A stretch of DNA of 63,709 bases, the filler included, from Octopus bimaculoides (lineage: Eukaryota), in NCBI RefSeq assembly GCF_001194135.2. It is 4 parts of 4 records of this genome, joined end to end, with 100 filler letters (N's around TTAATTAATTAA, not from the genome) between each part and the next. Parts side by side here need not be neighbours in the genome. Positions count along the whole stretch, not along the records: positions 49,001 to 60,226 come from NC_068984.1; positions 60,327 to 63,709 come from NW_026396555.1; 2 more parts are not named here. One strand, 5' to 3'. Under the pieces are notes generated by a model, which was given only the letters and a program-made list of their open reading frames with translations, did not search any database and was not told the origin of the DNA. Position numbers and translations under genes: made by a program. Positions 52,214 through 63,709 of the stretch are shown here, in pieces (within the stretch, counting starts at the first letter, position 1; every line of letters starts with the position of its first letter).

Positions 52214-52990
52214 GTGTGTGATTCAGAAGCAATTTTGTCTCAAAAGTTTAACTCTAAACTGAGACGTGCCTTTCTTACAGACAAAATTATAAAAGAATAT
52301 CTGATCCATGAATACGGCATGAAATTGTTACATCCCTATTGCGTGTTAACTCTATACGAAAAACACGTGAGCGTTAAGAAAGAGAGTGTCTTGTGTAGAA
52401 AATATCAATGCAGACACTATTGTGAATGCACGCACACGTATGATAAGAGTGTTTCAAAAACTGGAAGAAAGTAACTTCATGCTGAAAATAAAACAAGTGA
52501 AGACACAGAAACAAATGTTCTATCACCTACAACTGGAAGCTTCACAAAAGAATCCAACACAATCAAAATACAATGTGAACACAGAATCTCTTATACGAAA
52601 ATCAAAAAACAGACTCCAAAATAACTAAATTCCCAAAAGATGGTGACTACCCCACAGAAATTCTCGACGCAATAAGAGCACCGTGACACCGAGAGAATCG
52701 ATCTGAACGCCTAACAATAGAATATAAACATCGACATGTAGCAGAGTAACGAGTGTTAAAATCAACCCGGTCTATCAGAAACGTTTAAGAAAATTGAAAA
52801 TCAACATAAACATGGATAAAATGGATCTAGACGAATATATGTTTAGTCTATTTCCAAACTAGCAGATCTGCATCAGAATACAAAAAATAGCTGGAAAATA
52901 CGATGCTGTCAGAATTTGTAGAAAATTTCGTGGTCTACAGATAAAGGAAATGTCCGGCATTGTAACATGCGAAAAAGAAATATCGCAGTA
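52214..52990 (+). pseudogene. Decayed coding-like remnant, possibly retroelement ORF1/gag
   Basis: Successive protein-like frames broken by stops and frameshifts; degenerate knuckle-like LCRKYQCRHYCEC. Confidence 0.3.
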
Positions 52991-55704
52991 ATATAATGAA
53001 TTAGGTTATATAAGACAGTAAATATATATTTTCAATAATAATACTATTTACATTTTACGAATTACTTATTAGAAACAAAATGACTAATATTTATTTTTCT
53101 TTCGTTTTCCGTGCATTAATCGCAGTGACTTAGTCTTCGCTTATATTATTAGTGTTTGTTTCAAATAAATAGAGTTAAATTGCAAAGCTGTCTTTGTAGA
53201 AGGATAAGCTTCTACCGTCTTTCCCATATCATCATTCTTTGTATAAAGATTGCATATACTTCGGAAATAAAGAAAAGACTTTAAAATAATACATCACCGT
53301 AAAACATTTTCAATAGTCAAATCTCAATCTTGTTCATTGTCCAATACAGAGTGATAAATGAACAAAAGTAGAACAGGAAACAAAATATACACAGGTGCCA
53401 ATTAATTGTTGATCTGAAAATGTATTTCATATTGTAAAGATACAGAAGTGATAAATACTGTAGTATTAATACGGAGAACAATAGTACTTATTATAAAGAA
53501 TGTTGTTATCGTTATATAATTTTTCCTATTTGTTATGGCACCGAATCAAGCCAAATGTTCTGATACAAAAACATATAATTACAAATCCAACGGGCACAAT
53601 CTAAAAGTATGAATTTGAGAGTGAAAGACAGGGGAGATGGAGAGAGAGGGGGGATGAGAAGTGTGAAGGTAAGTTTTTCAGAGATAAACAAATTTAAGTA
53701 AAATTGAATAAGAAAGGAGAAAGACGGAGAAAATATTTAGATTTACAAACAGTGAGAATGAAATTACAGGAATAGAACAAAGATGCGACGTTAATTGAAA
53801 AGAAACCAAAAAGAGCTGGGAAATGAAATTAAAATCAGAAGCGAGAATTAGAAGATGAATGAATAGAAACTTTTGAAAACAACAGAGAATGACAAACAGA
53901 GTAAATAAAGAAATAATGATGAATGGTATAAAAAAGAGAAAGACATACACAAAACGACAATTGTTCTAACTTATATTAGACGGAAGTGGAAGTTTAGTAT
54001 GTTGACAAGGAGTAGTGAGGGTCATGAATTCTGGCACTACGATATTTGCTGGTTAGTAATTTATGGCGCCTATTCTTATTTAATGTCAAGACAAGTATAG
54101 ACACTAGCAATTTTTTAGAGTTTCAGGAAATTGACAAATGTTTTAGTCTCAAGCACGAAAAATTTCACAATAGAAAAATAACACATCAAACTATTTCATC
54201 TATTATTTTCTCATAAGAAAAGATGTAAGATTGAAATCAATGGCAGTTAGCTTGGTAAATGGAATTGAATATTGCATTGTTCTATCGTCAACATTAATTT
54301 CTATTAGCGGATACAAATTGTTTATGGAAAAGATACAGAGTTGTCAGGATCAGAATTAGAACTCAAAATGTAGAGAATGATATAAATTTCATGCAGCATC
54401 CGCGATTCTTGTATCATTCTTTTTATTAAATAGGCCGATGGTTACCTATTTTCAGACTAGTGTAAAAATATTAGACAGATGCCAGATTCAAAAGTATTAC
54501 AATATTGGAAGATATATTACTACGAAAATGTGAGGCCTTGGGTCAGACCAGAGCTGATCTCAATTAACAAACACATATATAAGTATAGGAGAGAAGAGTT
54601 GAGATCACAAAGCATTTTCGATAACAATAACCTCGCAGTTAGCAAATAAAGCATTTGAAGCATTTGAAGTTAAATTCCAACCAGTTTTTAATAATTAGCT
54701 CATACAAAGGCAGCGAGCTAGCAGAATCGGCAGCAATCCGGGCAAAATGCTTGGTAGTATTTCGTCTCTCGCTACGCTCTGAGTTCAAATTCCGGTGAGA
54801 TTATCGTTGCCTTTTGGGGCCGATAAAATAAAGTACCAGTTGAGCACTGGGTCGATGCAGTCGACTTACTCCTATCCCAAAATTATTGGCCTCGTGTCAA
54901 AAATTTGAAACCAATAATTATCTCTTATATATAATACATACATAAATATGTGCAACGGCATCAGCGCCAAGCATTAAGAATGAAATAGATTCAGGTTAGT
55001 CAAAATATGTTTGTGACATATTCACCGCAGTAACCGTAACAAGAAAAAATCTCAGTTAGGGTAAATGGTGTAAAAATACAATATCTGCACAGTGCTTCCC
55101 CTATTCGACTCTCAGGGTCCATTTCTGGCTCTTTAGATTTCCTCAATGGGAAATACAGAAGAAATATAACCAATGGCAAATTCAAAGCAGTAACCTTAAC
55201 TAAAAGAGAGTCAACATTAATGACTGAGTAGCACTATGCTACAGCTTTGTTGGGATAAATATAACAGCATCATTACCAAGCACTTTAGTTAGTGAAAATA
55301 TGTTTGACATATAACTTTTACAGGCAAGTTCACAGCGGTTACCTTAGCGGAAAAATTCTTTCTTTTGGTAAAGTTCATATATAGTGTCTAAGAATGTGTG
55401 AACGCACGTAGGCTAACAGGTATACTGCCCGATTCGATTTCCATATCAAGTAGTGCATTTTATGATTGATCAAGCCACTTTTTTTCACCCAGTTTGTGTC
55501 ACCTCAGGGCAAAAAATAAGTACCAACCCATTGCTGGTGAAATCTCCTGCTTTTCCAGCAGTTACATGCTTGATATCCAACTGCGCTGTAGGCATCGAAA
55601 GAAATTGGCAAAAAAGTAGGATGTAACACCAAGTCATATTCGTTTGCAAGTGACAGATATCTCAGACTCTGCTCATGTAATTATGTATATAAATAAATAA
55701 ATAA

Positions 55705-55745
<41 letters not shown>

Positions 55746-55819
55746 ATATAAGGATTTACTTTTCGTAATGAGATAAAAAAAAAACAAGGCTGTGTACGTT
55801 ATACAACATTTATAGATAG

Positions 55820-55867
55820 GTCTTACAGCTGTTTCCGGGATATTTATCATATCCCTTCATCGGAGAC
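55820..55867 (-). ncRNA. Minimal type I hammerhead-like motif, core variant CCGAUGA
   Basis: GUCU-CCGAUGA-A-GGGAUAU(GAUAA)AUAUCCC-G-GAA-AC(AGCU)GU-A/AGAC: 7-bp stem II, palindromic tetraloop on stem III. Confidence 0.55.
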
Positions 55868-56949
55868 GGAGTGAGAGGATAGTTAAGAAATAGTTAGTTT
55901 AGATGAGATAGGATATAGAGAGTGAATGTAGAGATATTTTATTTGTAAGTCCATTGTTTAGGCAGAATGGAATACATATAAGATTCCAATACCTTGTGAG
56001 TAAAATCCAATAGTCTTTCAGATTGGTCATTGCATTTGTAAATCCATTATTAAGATTCCAATACCCATGAGTAAAATCCAACAGTCTTTGAAATTTGTCA
56101 TTCCAAATACAGAGTTTATATACAGTGTTATTGAATCAAGGGTTCTGTTTAAAGTGACCTAAAAGTAAGGAATTAGTAAAGTCAAATCGAAAACAGGAAG
56201 AGAGAAATAAAGGAAGACGAAACAGGGCGGGGGTAGAAATACATCCACACATACATACATATGCATACATACACACACGCACACGCATATATACATATAC
56301 ATATATTACTTTTGATCTAATATCTATTCGATCAGGCCTGATCGTTGGCTAAATCACAATAATAGCAGTAAGAAAAACCCAAAATAGAATATAGTTTGTA
56401 AGTTGTTTCAATAGAATCTTTAAAAATATAATGATGCAATATTCTATATATTCTTCGAAATGTATTTAATGCAGTTAAATTAATTGAAATTTCGCACGCA
56501 ACAGAACTTTACTTCATAATATAAAATCGATTATATTACAGTTGTGACGCTTAAATTGCATATTCTATTCTAGGATGAAAAAAGAGATCTGAACATACCT
56601 TACTTTTCGTATATATATATATATATATATATTACATACATATGTATATGTACACACACACTTATGCACGCACACACAAACACACACACATATATATGTA
56701 TATATATGTGTGTATATATACATAAAATACATATATACAATATAATCTTTTATTTGATATATTATTCTATATTTTATCTACCTAGATAGATTGAATGTAT
56801 ATAAGTCTATTCACTCCATTGATCTCATCTGTGATCGTTATATCTCATTTCATATTAGATTATGAATTGAAACAAATGTTGGTAATTATTTTAGAAAAGA
56901 AATTTGCGGATCATGATATGCATAACTTTCTTCTAAATAATTAAGATGC

Positions 56950-57560
56950 CTTCTGGGTTATGAGTTTTGCGGATACAAGAAAACGTATTGATTTACAACA
57001 CTGTTTTGTCGAGAGTTTTTAATTGGGAATTCATTTATCTTATAACCTATCGTTACTGGAATGCCTGTCGTTAGTCTATACGTAGACATTATTATGAGCA
57101 ATACCAGATCACCGTACCTAAAGCTTTGATAAATTCGAAGAACCAGGAAAAGATCTACAGTTATTTTCTTTTAGGTTTGTGAGAGATGCAAATATCTCAT
57201 CTAAAACTCTGGGTATCAATCTGATATGTAGAATTATATCGTTAATCTATAATTGCTGATTTTTTTTTTACAACATAACATTCATGCAAAAATTAGTATA
57301 AGGTACATTGTTCGGATAATTTTTGGTGTTTGAATTTTTCTCTAATGGTAATTAAAATACATGGAGTGTTTCTATGACTGGTCTTGTTTCTAAATGGAAT
57401 TCTAGTCAATCTGTGTCCCATCCGAAGTAATCTCAAATTTTGTCTCTCCAAGGGTTCTCTGACTTCTTTGTTTAATGCAGATAGTGTAACTCTAGATGGG
57501 TTGTTATTTGCATAATTCGAAGATCAGTATAAACGATAGCATCCGACAATTGTTCTATAA
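56950..57560 (-). pseudogene. Decayed ORF, possibly non-LTR ORF1
   Basis: ~68-codon open stretch (NNPSRVTLSALNKEVREPLERQNLRLLRMGHRL...), then IPVTIGYKINEFPIK and a degenerate KQCCKSIRF, the order seen in ORF1 before a zinc knuckle. Confidence 0.3.
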
Positions 57561-57649
57561 ATATCAGATACACGACTCCTACATAACTCTAATACCAGAT
57601 ATACGTTACATTGTACATATCTGCAGTGCCCTCAATAACTACTGGCACT

Positions 57650-57931
57650 CCGTCGCCTACGACAACGGAGGTTCCATTTGCGCGTGAGATTAACGTGCAA
57701 GTGGCTGAGGACTCCATAGACATGCGTACCCCTTCCCATACTCCTCAGGGAAATTCAGTGTGACTCAAATCTGCCTCTTGAAATACAGCTACTACTCATT
57801 TTTGCCAGCCGAATGGACTGGAGCAACGGGGAATAAGGTGTCTTGCTCAAGGACACAATGCTCCACCGGGAATCGAACTCGCGACCATACGATCGCGAGC
57901 CGAATACCCTAACCACTAAGCCACGCGCCTC
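57650..57931 (-). mobile_element. SINE family D
   Basis: Reverse complement GGCGCGTGGCTTAGTGGTTAGGG...GAGTTCGATTCCCGG and the CORE-like block. Confidence 0.85.
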
Positions 57932-58574
57932 AGATACCTCCATAACTAGTTATTATGCATACTACCTTATTTAAACGATACAGTTGCACTGGATACAAAC
58001 ATATAAAAAAGGTACATCTTCTGTAAACAGCGATACAAACACTTCAATAAGTGGAATGTTTTATATTCTGAGAAGTGTAACGTGTAGAAGAGTTACGCGG
58101 GTCGGAGGCAAGAATTAATAACAGCCTTTTGAAAATAGATAATGTGCAAAACAAATGGTGATAGATTGTGGAGAAAGGCACGGTACTGTTCTGGGTGGAG
58201 CGGTAAAAACACTGGATAAAGAAATTAGTATGCCATTAGGAATATGCTTCTGTCAGATACAACTTTACTGGAATAACAATATGGATCAAATACGCATCTA
58301 GAACAGGCAGGCAATCAATCATTCTCTTGAATGAGATCCCAAAGACTTGATTGTTGGCAGCCTATCAATGATCTGCCAATGTAAATATGAGGACATTTAT
58401 CCTATTGTAAATTTGTTACTGGCGAATATATAATGTATGCGTGCATTAGTACATCACTATAGTTGTATGTAACTTTTACATATCGTGCTCATTGCATCAG
58501 AGTAAATAATAACTGTATAGATGAATTTATATTATATACACATACACACATACATACATACATACATACATACA

Positions 58575-58606
<32 letters not shown>

Positions 58607-58627
58607 AATATACAGGCATACATATCT

Positions 58628-58931
58628 TTCGGCTTTTATCTTTTACTTGTTTCAGTCATTTGATTGCAGCCATACTGAAGCACCTTTAGTCGAACAAATC
58701 GATCCTGAATCTCACTTTTTGTAAGCCTAGTACTTATTCTATTAGTTTCTTATGCCGAACCGCTAAGTTACGGGAACCTAAACATACCAGCATTGGTGTC
58801 AAGCGATGATGGGGGAACAAATACTGACACAAATATAATACATATATATACGACGGGTTTCTTTCAGTTCCCGTCAAGCAAATCCACTAACAAGTGTTTG
58901 GTCGACCCGAAGCTATGGTAGAAGACACTTG
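58628..58931 (-). mobile_element. SINE family A, 5'-truncated
   Basis: Tail TTTTACTTGTTTCAGTCATTTGA through GAAGACACTTG. Confidence 0.8.
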
Positions 58932-58933
58932 AC

Positions 58934-59277
58934 CAATTAGAACAAGGCCATAATTTCACAATAAAAACTAATTTTACATCTGCATAGGAGAACTTGATCT
59001 ACCTAATTACATGTTCTGGATGCAAACGGCAATATATTGGACACACAAAAAACAGCCTACGTCAGAGGATGGTGGTGCACAAATCTCAAATTAGGATCCC
59101 AGAAAACAGGAAATACCTCTCAGCCATCACATCGACGAATGTGCTTACAACAAATTTCCCAAATTCACAACGTTTCCACTCTACACATTCAAAGATAATG
59201 CTAGCCAAAATGAACGCATTAGCAAGGAAATACATTTCATAAGAAAATACTGACCAAGTCTAAATTCTCTAAACTAG
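58934..59277 (+). pseudogene. GIY-YIG endonuclease fragment of a Penelope-like element
   Basis: GHNFTIKTNFTSA*ENLIYLITCSGCKRQYIGHTKNSLRQRMVVHKSQIR, frameshift, LSHHIDECAYNKFPKF...ERISKEIHFIRKY*PSLN: LIY-YIG motifs, catalytic R and E, terminal LN. Confidence 0.85.
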
Positions 59278-59377
59278 CAACACTGAGACTTTCATATATA
59301 TTATTCATTAGAAATAAACAAACAGGATCGAACAACCCGATTTCTATTAAAACCGCAGGGGGAACAACTTCACCACG

Positions 59378-59435
<58 letters not shown>

Positions 59436-60140
59436 TTGTTATTATTATTACTGCTGCTGGTTATTCGACGGCTACAGCCACTCCTAGAAAACAAGTCTTG
59501 ACCACTATTTCATTTACAAAAACAGATAGTAGTAATTTACTATCGCAGCGAGTTGAACTTACCATGCCTCCAGAACAGAATGAAAGGACCACGTGCGCAT
59601 GCAAGAAATAACAGTAAACTATAAATGTTATTCATAATTTTTATTTCAAAGTTTATTTTATTAATAGCCCTCTTCTCTTCTCACATATTTTATACACATT
59701 TTTGATAAGGTTTTTCGAAAAAAAAAAAACGAAACATGTAATGTAAGTTAATTAATACACCCAATTTTTTAAAAAGTGGCATTTTCAATTTAGTTTATCT
59801 TTAATTCTTCGGAACGCCGGAGTTTTAATGGTGGCAGCTGATGAAGGGGATGTTTCTATGTGGCCTGCTTGTTTGTTGCACCTTGTTTACCATTTTTGTC
59901 CTTGTCCTTTTGCCACGTCATGTACCCAGTTATGTATCTATATGTACATGTGGATGAACGTATATACATACATGTACATATATGTGCATATACTCATATA
60001 TTGTTTGTTCTCTATGTGGCTCGTGTGTTCTCGTCTACGTTTGTTTGCAATGTCCTGTACCCAGATATGCACCTATACATACAGGTGGATGTCGGTATGC
60101 ACATACCTGTACGTATATATGCATATACTCATTTACTTTT

Positions 60141-60177
<37 letters not shown>

Positions 60178-60186
60178 AGAGATACG

Positions 60187-60226
<40 letters not shown>

Positions 60227-60326
60227 NNNNNNNNNNNNNNNNNNNNNNNNNNNNNNNNNNNNNNNNNNNNTTAATTAATTAANNNNNNNNNNNNNNNNNN
60301 NNNNNNNNNNNNNNNNNNNNNNNNNN
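60227..60326. other. Artificial scaffold linker
   Basis: N44-TTAATTAATTAA(60271-60282)-N44. Confidence 0.95.
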
Positions 60327-60577
60327 TCAACTACCACATACATCACCACTTTCACTTTCCCGCCAGCGAGCGATGAAGAGCTGCGTCCAGACAATTTGAC
60401 CTGCTAGAAACAGTAGCTTGATCCCTCTCAAATCGTACTTGTACTGCCTTAGACAAATATATCAGGTAACGTTTGAGAGAACTCGACGCGATAGCAGCTA
60501 AATCGAACCCTATATGTATGTATGTAAGTATGTATGTATGTATGTATGTATGTATGTATGTATGTATGTACGTATGT

Positions 60578-60854
60578 GGAGGCGCAATGGCCCAGTGGTT
60601 AGGGCAGCGGACTCGCGATCGTAGGATCGCGGTTTCGATTCCCAGACCGGGCGTTGTGAGTGTTTATTGAGCAAAAACACCTAAAAAGCCCCCACGAGGC
60701 TCCGGCAGAGGATGGTGGCGAACCCTGCTGTACTCTTCCACCACAACTTTCTCTCACTCTTACTCCCTGTTTCTGTTGTGCCTGTAATTCAAAGGGGTCA
60801 GCCTTGTCACACTCTGTGTCACGCTGAATATCCCCCGAGAACTACGTTAAGGGT
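60578..60854 (+). mobile_element. SINE family D relative, runs into a gap
   Basis: TGGCCCAGTGGTTAG A box, TTTCGATTCC B box, GGGGTCAGCCTTGTCACACTC..TGTCACGCTGAAT block shared with 32143-32465. Confidence 0.8.
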
Positions 60855-61724
60855 NNNNNNNNNNNNNNNNNNNNNNNNNNNNNNNNNNNNNNNNNNNNNN
60901 NNNNNNNNNNNNNNNNNNNNNNNNNNNNNNNNNNNNNNNNNNNNNNNNNNNNNNNNNNNNNNNNNNNNNNNNNNNNNNNNNNNNNNNNNNNNNNNNNNNN
61001 NNNNNNNNNNNNNNNNNNNNNNNNNNNNNNNNNNNNNNNNNNNNNNNNNNNNNNNNNNNNNNNNNNNNNNNNNNNNNNNNNNNNNNNNNNNNNNNNNNNN
61101 NNNNNNNNNNNNNNNNNNNNNNNNNNNNNNNNNNNNNNNNNNNNNNNNNNNNNNNNNNNNNNNNNNNNNNNNNNNNNNNNNNNNNNNNNNNNNNNNNNNN
61201 NNNNNNNNNNNNNNNNNNNNNNNNNNNNNNNNNNNNNNNNNNNNNNNNNNNNNNNNNNNNNNNNNNNNNNNNNNNNNNNNNNNNNNNNNNNNNNNNNNNN
61301 NNNNNNNNNNNNNNNNNNNNNNNNNNNNNNNNNNNNNNNNNNNNNNNNNNNNNNNNNNNNNNNNNNNNNNNNNNNNNNNNNNNNNNNNNNNNNNNNNNNN
61401 NNNNNNNNNNNNNNNNNNNNNNNNNNNNNNNNNNNNNNNNNNNNNNNNNNNNNNNNNNNNNNNNNNNNNNNNNNNNNNNNNNNNNNNNNNNNNNNNNNNN
61501 NNNNNNNNNNNNNNNNNNNNNNNNNNNNNNNNNNNNNNNNNNNNNNNNNNNNNNNNNNNNNNNNNNNNNNNNNTATGCATGCATGCATATATGAATGTAT
61601 GTGTGTATGTCTGTCTGTCTGTCTGTATGTAAGTATGTTTGTATGTATGTATGTATATCTATCTATCTATTTATGTTTCTTTCTTTCTCTCTCTCTCTCT
61701 CTCACACACACACACGCACACTCT

Positions 61725-61772
<48 letters not shown>

Positions 61773-63221
61773 GTAAGTATGTATGTATTTATGTATGTAT
61801 GTGTCTGTCTGTCTGTCTATATATATGTGTGTGTGTGTGTGTGTGTCTGTATGTGTACGCACGTACAACATACGTTAGTGGGCACGAGCGTGGCTGAGAT
61901 AAAACTCGAAACATAAAATGGCGTCTTTATGCCATTGTTGATAAAGTCAAGAAAGTTTATCAGTGAATCAAAACACAACCGCCATATTGAATGTCTGCCT
62001 GCCTGCTTGTCTGTCTGACACACACACACACACACAAAATAAACACATACACACACGCAAACTCACACAAACACACACATACGCACGAACACACACACGC
62101 ACATATATATATATACACACATACACAAACACACACACACACGCACGCATATACACACAGAGGCAGACACACACACAAACATTCCCCACCAAACACACAT
62201 ACATACATGCACACACATGCGCACATACACACACGCATGCACGCATACACACACACACACACTCACACATATATCAACGTCACTTTTAGGCTGCGGCATT
62301 TGAACGAAACACAATGATAATGTTTATGGTATATATATATATATGAAGGCTCTTTTATGGGATTACCTTAGGTTTCCCGTCCATAAAGGGTTTAGCTTTA
62401 TGGCGTATCGTCAGGTTCCAAAAACCTGTTGGCCTAAGACCCCTTAAAAACATGGAGGAGGAAATGCCCTTTTCTTAAATCGTTCCATATTTTATGAGAA
62501 ACCCGTGGTTTCCGTAAATATNNNNNNNNNNNNNNNNNNNNNNNNNNNNNNNNNNNNNNNNNNNNNNNNNNNNNNNNNNNNNNNNNNNNNNNNNNNNNNN
62601 NNNNNNNNNNNNNNNNNNNNNNNNNNNNNNNNNNNNNNNNNNNNNNNNNNNNNNNNNNNNNNNNNNNNNNNNNNNNNNNNNNNNNNNNNNNNNNNNNNNN
62701 NNNNNNNNNNNNNNNNNNNNNNNNNNNNNNNNNNNNNNNNNNNNNNNNNNNNNNNNNNNNNNNNNNNNNNNNNNNNNNNNNNNNNNNNNNNNNNNNNNNN
62801 NNNNNNNNNNNNNNNNNNNNNNNNNNNNNNNNNNNNNNNNNNNNNNNNNNNNNNNNNNNNNNNNNNNNNNNNNNNNNNNNNNNNNNNNNNNNNNNNNNNN
62901 NNNNNNNNNNNNNNNNNNNNNNNNNNNNNNNNNNNNNNNNNNNNNNNNNNNNNNNNNNNNNNNNNNNNNNNNNNNNNNNNNNNNNNNNNNNNNNNNNNNN
63001 NNNNNNNNNNNNNNNNNNNNNNNNNNNNNNNNNNNNNNNNNNNNNNNNNNNNNNNNNNNNNNNNNNNNNNNNNNNNNNNNNNNNNNNNNNNNNNNNNNNN
63101 NNNNNNNNNNNNNNNNNNNNNNNNNNNNNNNNNNNNNNNNNNNNNNNNNNNNNNNNNNNNNNNNNNNNNNNNNNNNNNNNNNNNNNNNNNNNNNNNNNNN
63201 GCCTAGAGTATAAAAGGATAT

Positions 63222-63420
63222 ACTCTTTACTCTTTTACTTGTTTCAGTCATTTGACTGCAGCCATGCTGGAGCACCGCCTTTAGCCGAATCAAATCGACC
63301 CCCAGGACTTATTCTTTGTAAGCCTAGTACTTATACTATCGGTCTCTTTTTGCTGAACCGCTAAGTTACGGGGACGTAAACACACCAGCATCAATTGTCA
63401 AGCGAAGTTGGGGGGACAAA
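63222..63420 (-). mobile_element. SINE family A, 3' half
   Basis: TACTCTTTTACTTGTTTCAGTCATTTGACTGCAGCCATGCTGGAGCACCGCC. Confidence 0.85.
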
Positions 63421-63709
63421 CACAGACACACCAACATATACACACACATACATACACACACATACATATACACATACTCACATACACACTTCCCACACAT
63501 GCACATACATGAACTCATACATATACCCGACACCCATCCGCACGCGCACCTGGTCTTGCGTTCACCAGACCGTGTAACCCGATTGATATACACCCGGTCT
63601 AAACGCCCACCACTAGGAAGTCACACCGCCTCAACATCATCGCCACCGTCACCACCATCACGATTACTACACTAAAACCACCACCACCACAACCACAACC
63701 ACCACCACA

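Noticed and set aside
60578-60660. tRNA-like sequences (also 32143-32215, 39260-39330, 57860-57931, 26151-26210)
   Set aside because: They have A/B boxes but no complete acceptor stem and continue into SINE bodies: SINE heads, not tRNA genes.
62340-62521. Unique-looking sequence before the last large gap
   Set aside because: No ORF, structure or repeat match; may be a low-quality contig end.
7825-63293. Most ORF-track entries, including all long ones (200-372 aa)
   Set aside because: They are translations of (CA)n/(TA)n/(TACA)n tracts or read through N gaps.

Overview
AT-rich, microsatellite-dense animal genomic DNA. The SINE content and simple-repeat load suggest a coleoid cephalopod, probably Octopus (inference, not verified). 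The window is not contiguous: three 100-bp N44-TTAATTAATTAA-N44 linkers join four scaffolds (1-31811, 31912-48900, 49001-60226, 60327-63709), and there are many N gaps. Almost all ORF-track entries are microsatellite or gap artefacts. Supportable content: dozens of tRNA-derived SINE copies (labelled families A-E here), TTAA-flanked piggyBac-like and TA-flanked Tc1/mariner-like MITEs, a deleted mariner, and decayed CR1/L2-, RTE-, Gypsy- and Penelope (GIY-YIG)-type fragments. Scaffold 1 also holds a set of small candidate exons, mostly minus-strand and including a 16-nt microexon, whose reading frame and product I could not determine. The most interesting signal is a ~440-bp palindromic element (25932-26367) in which two head-to-head tRNA-type Pol III promoters each read outward into a minimal, dimer-type hammerhead ribozyme motif. 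Two unrelated hammerhead-like motifs with the same architecture lie at 24467-24502 and 55820-55867. SINE boundaries are approximate.
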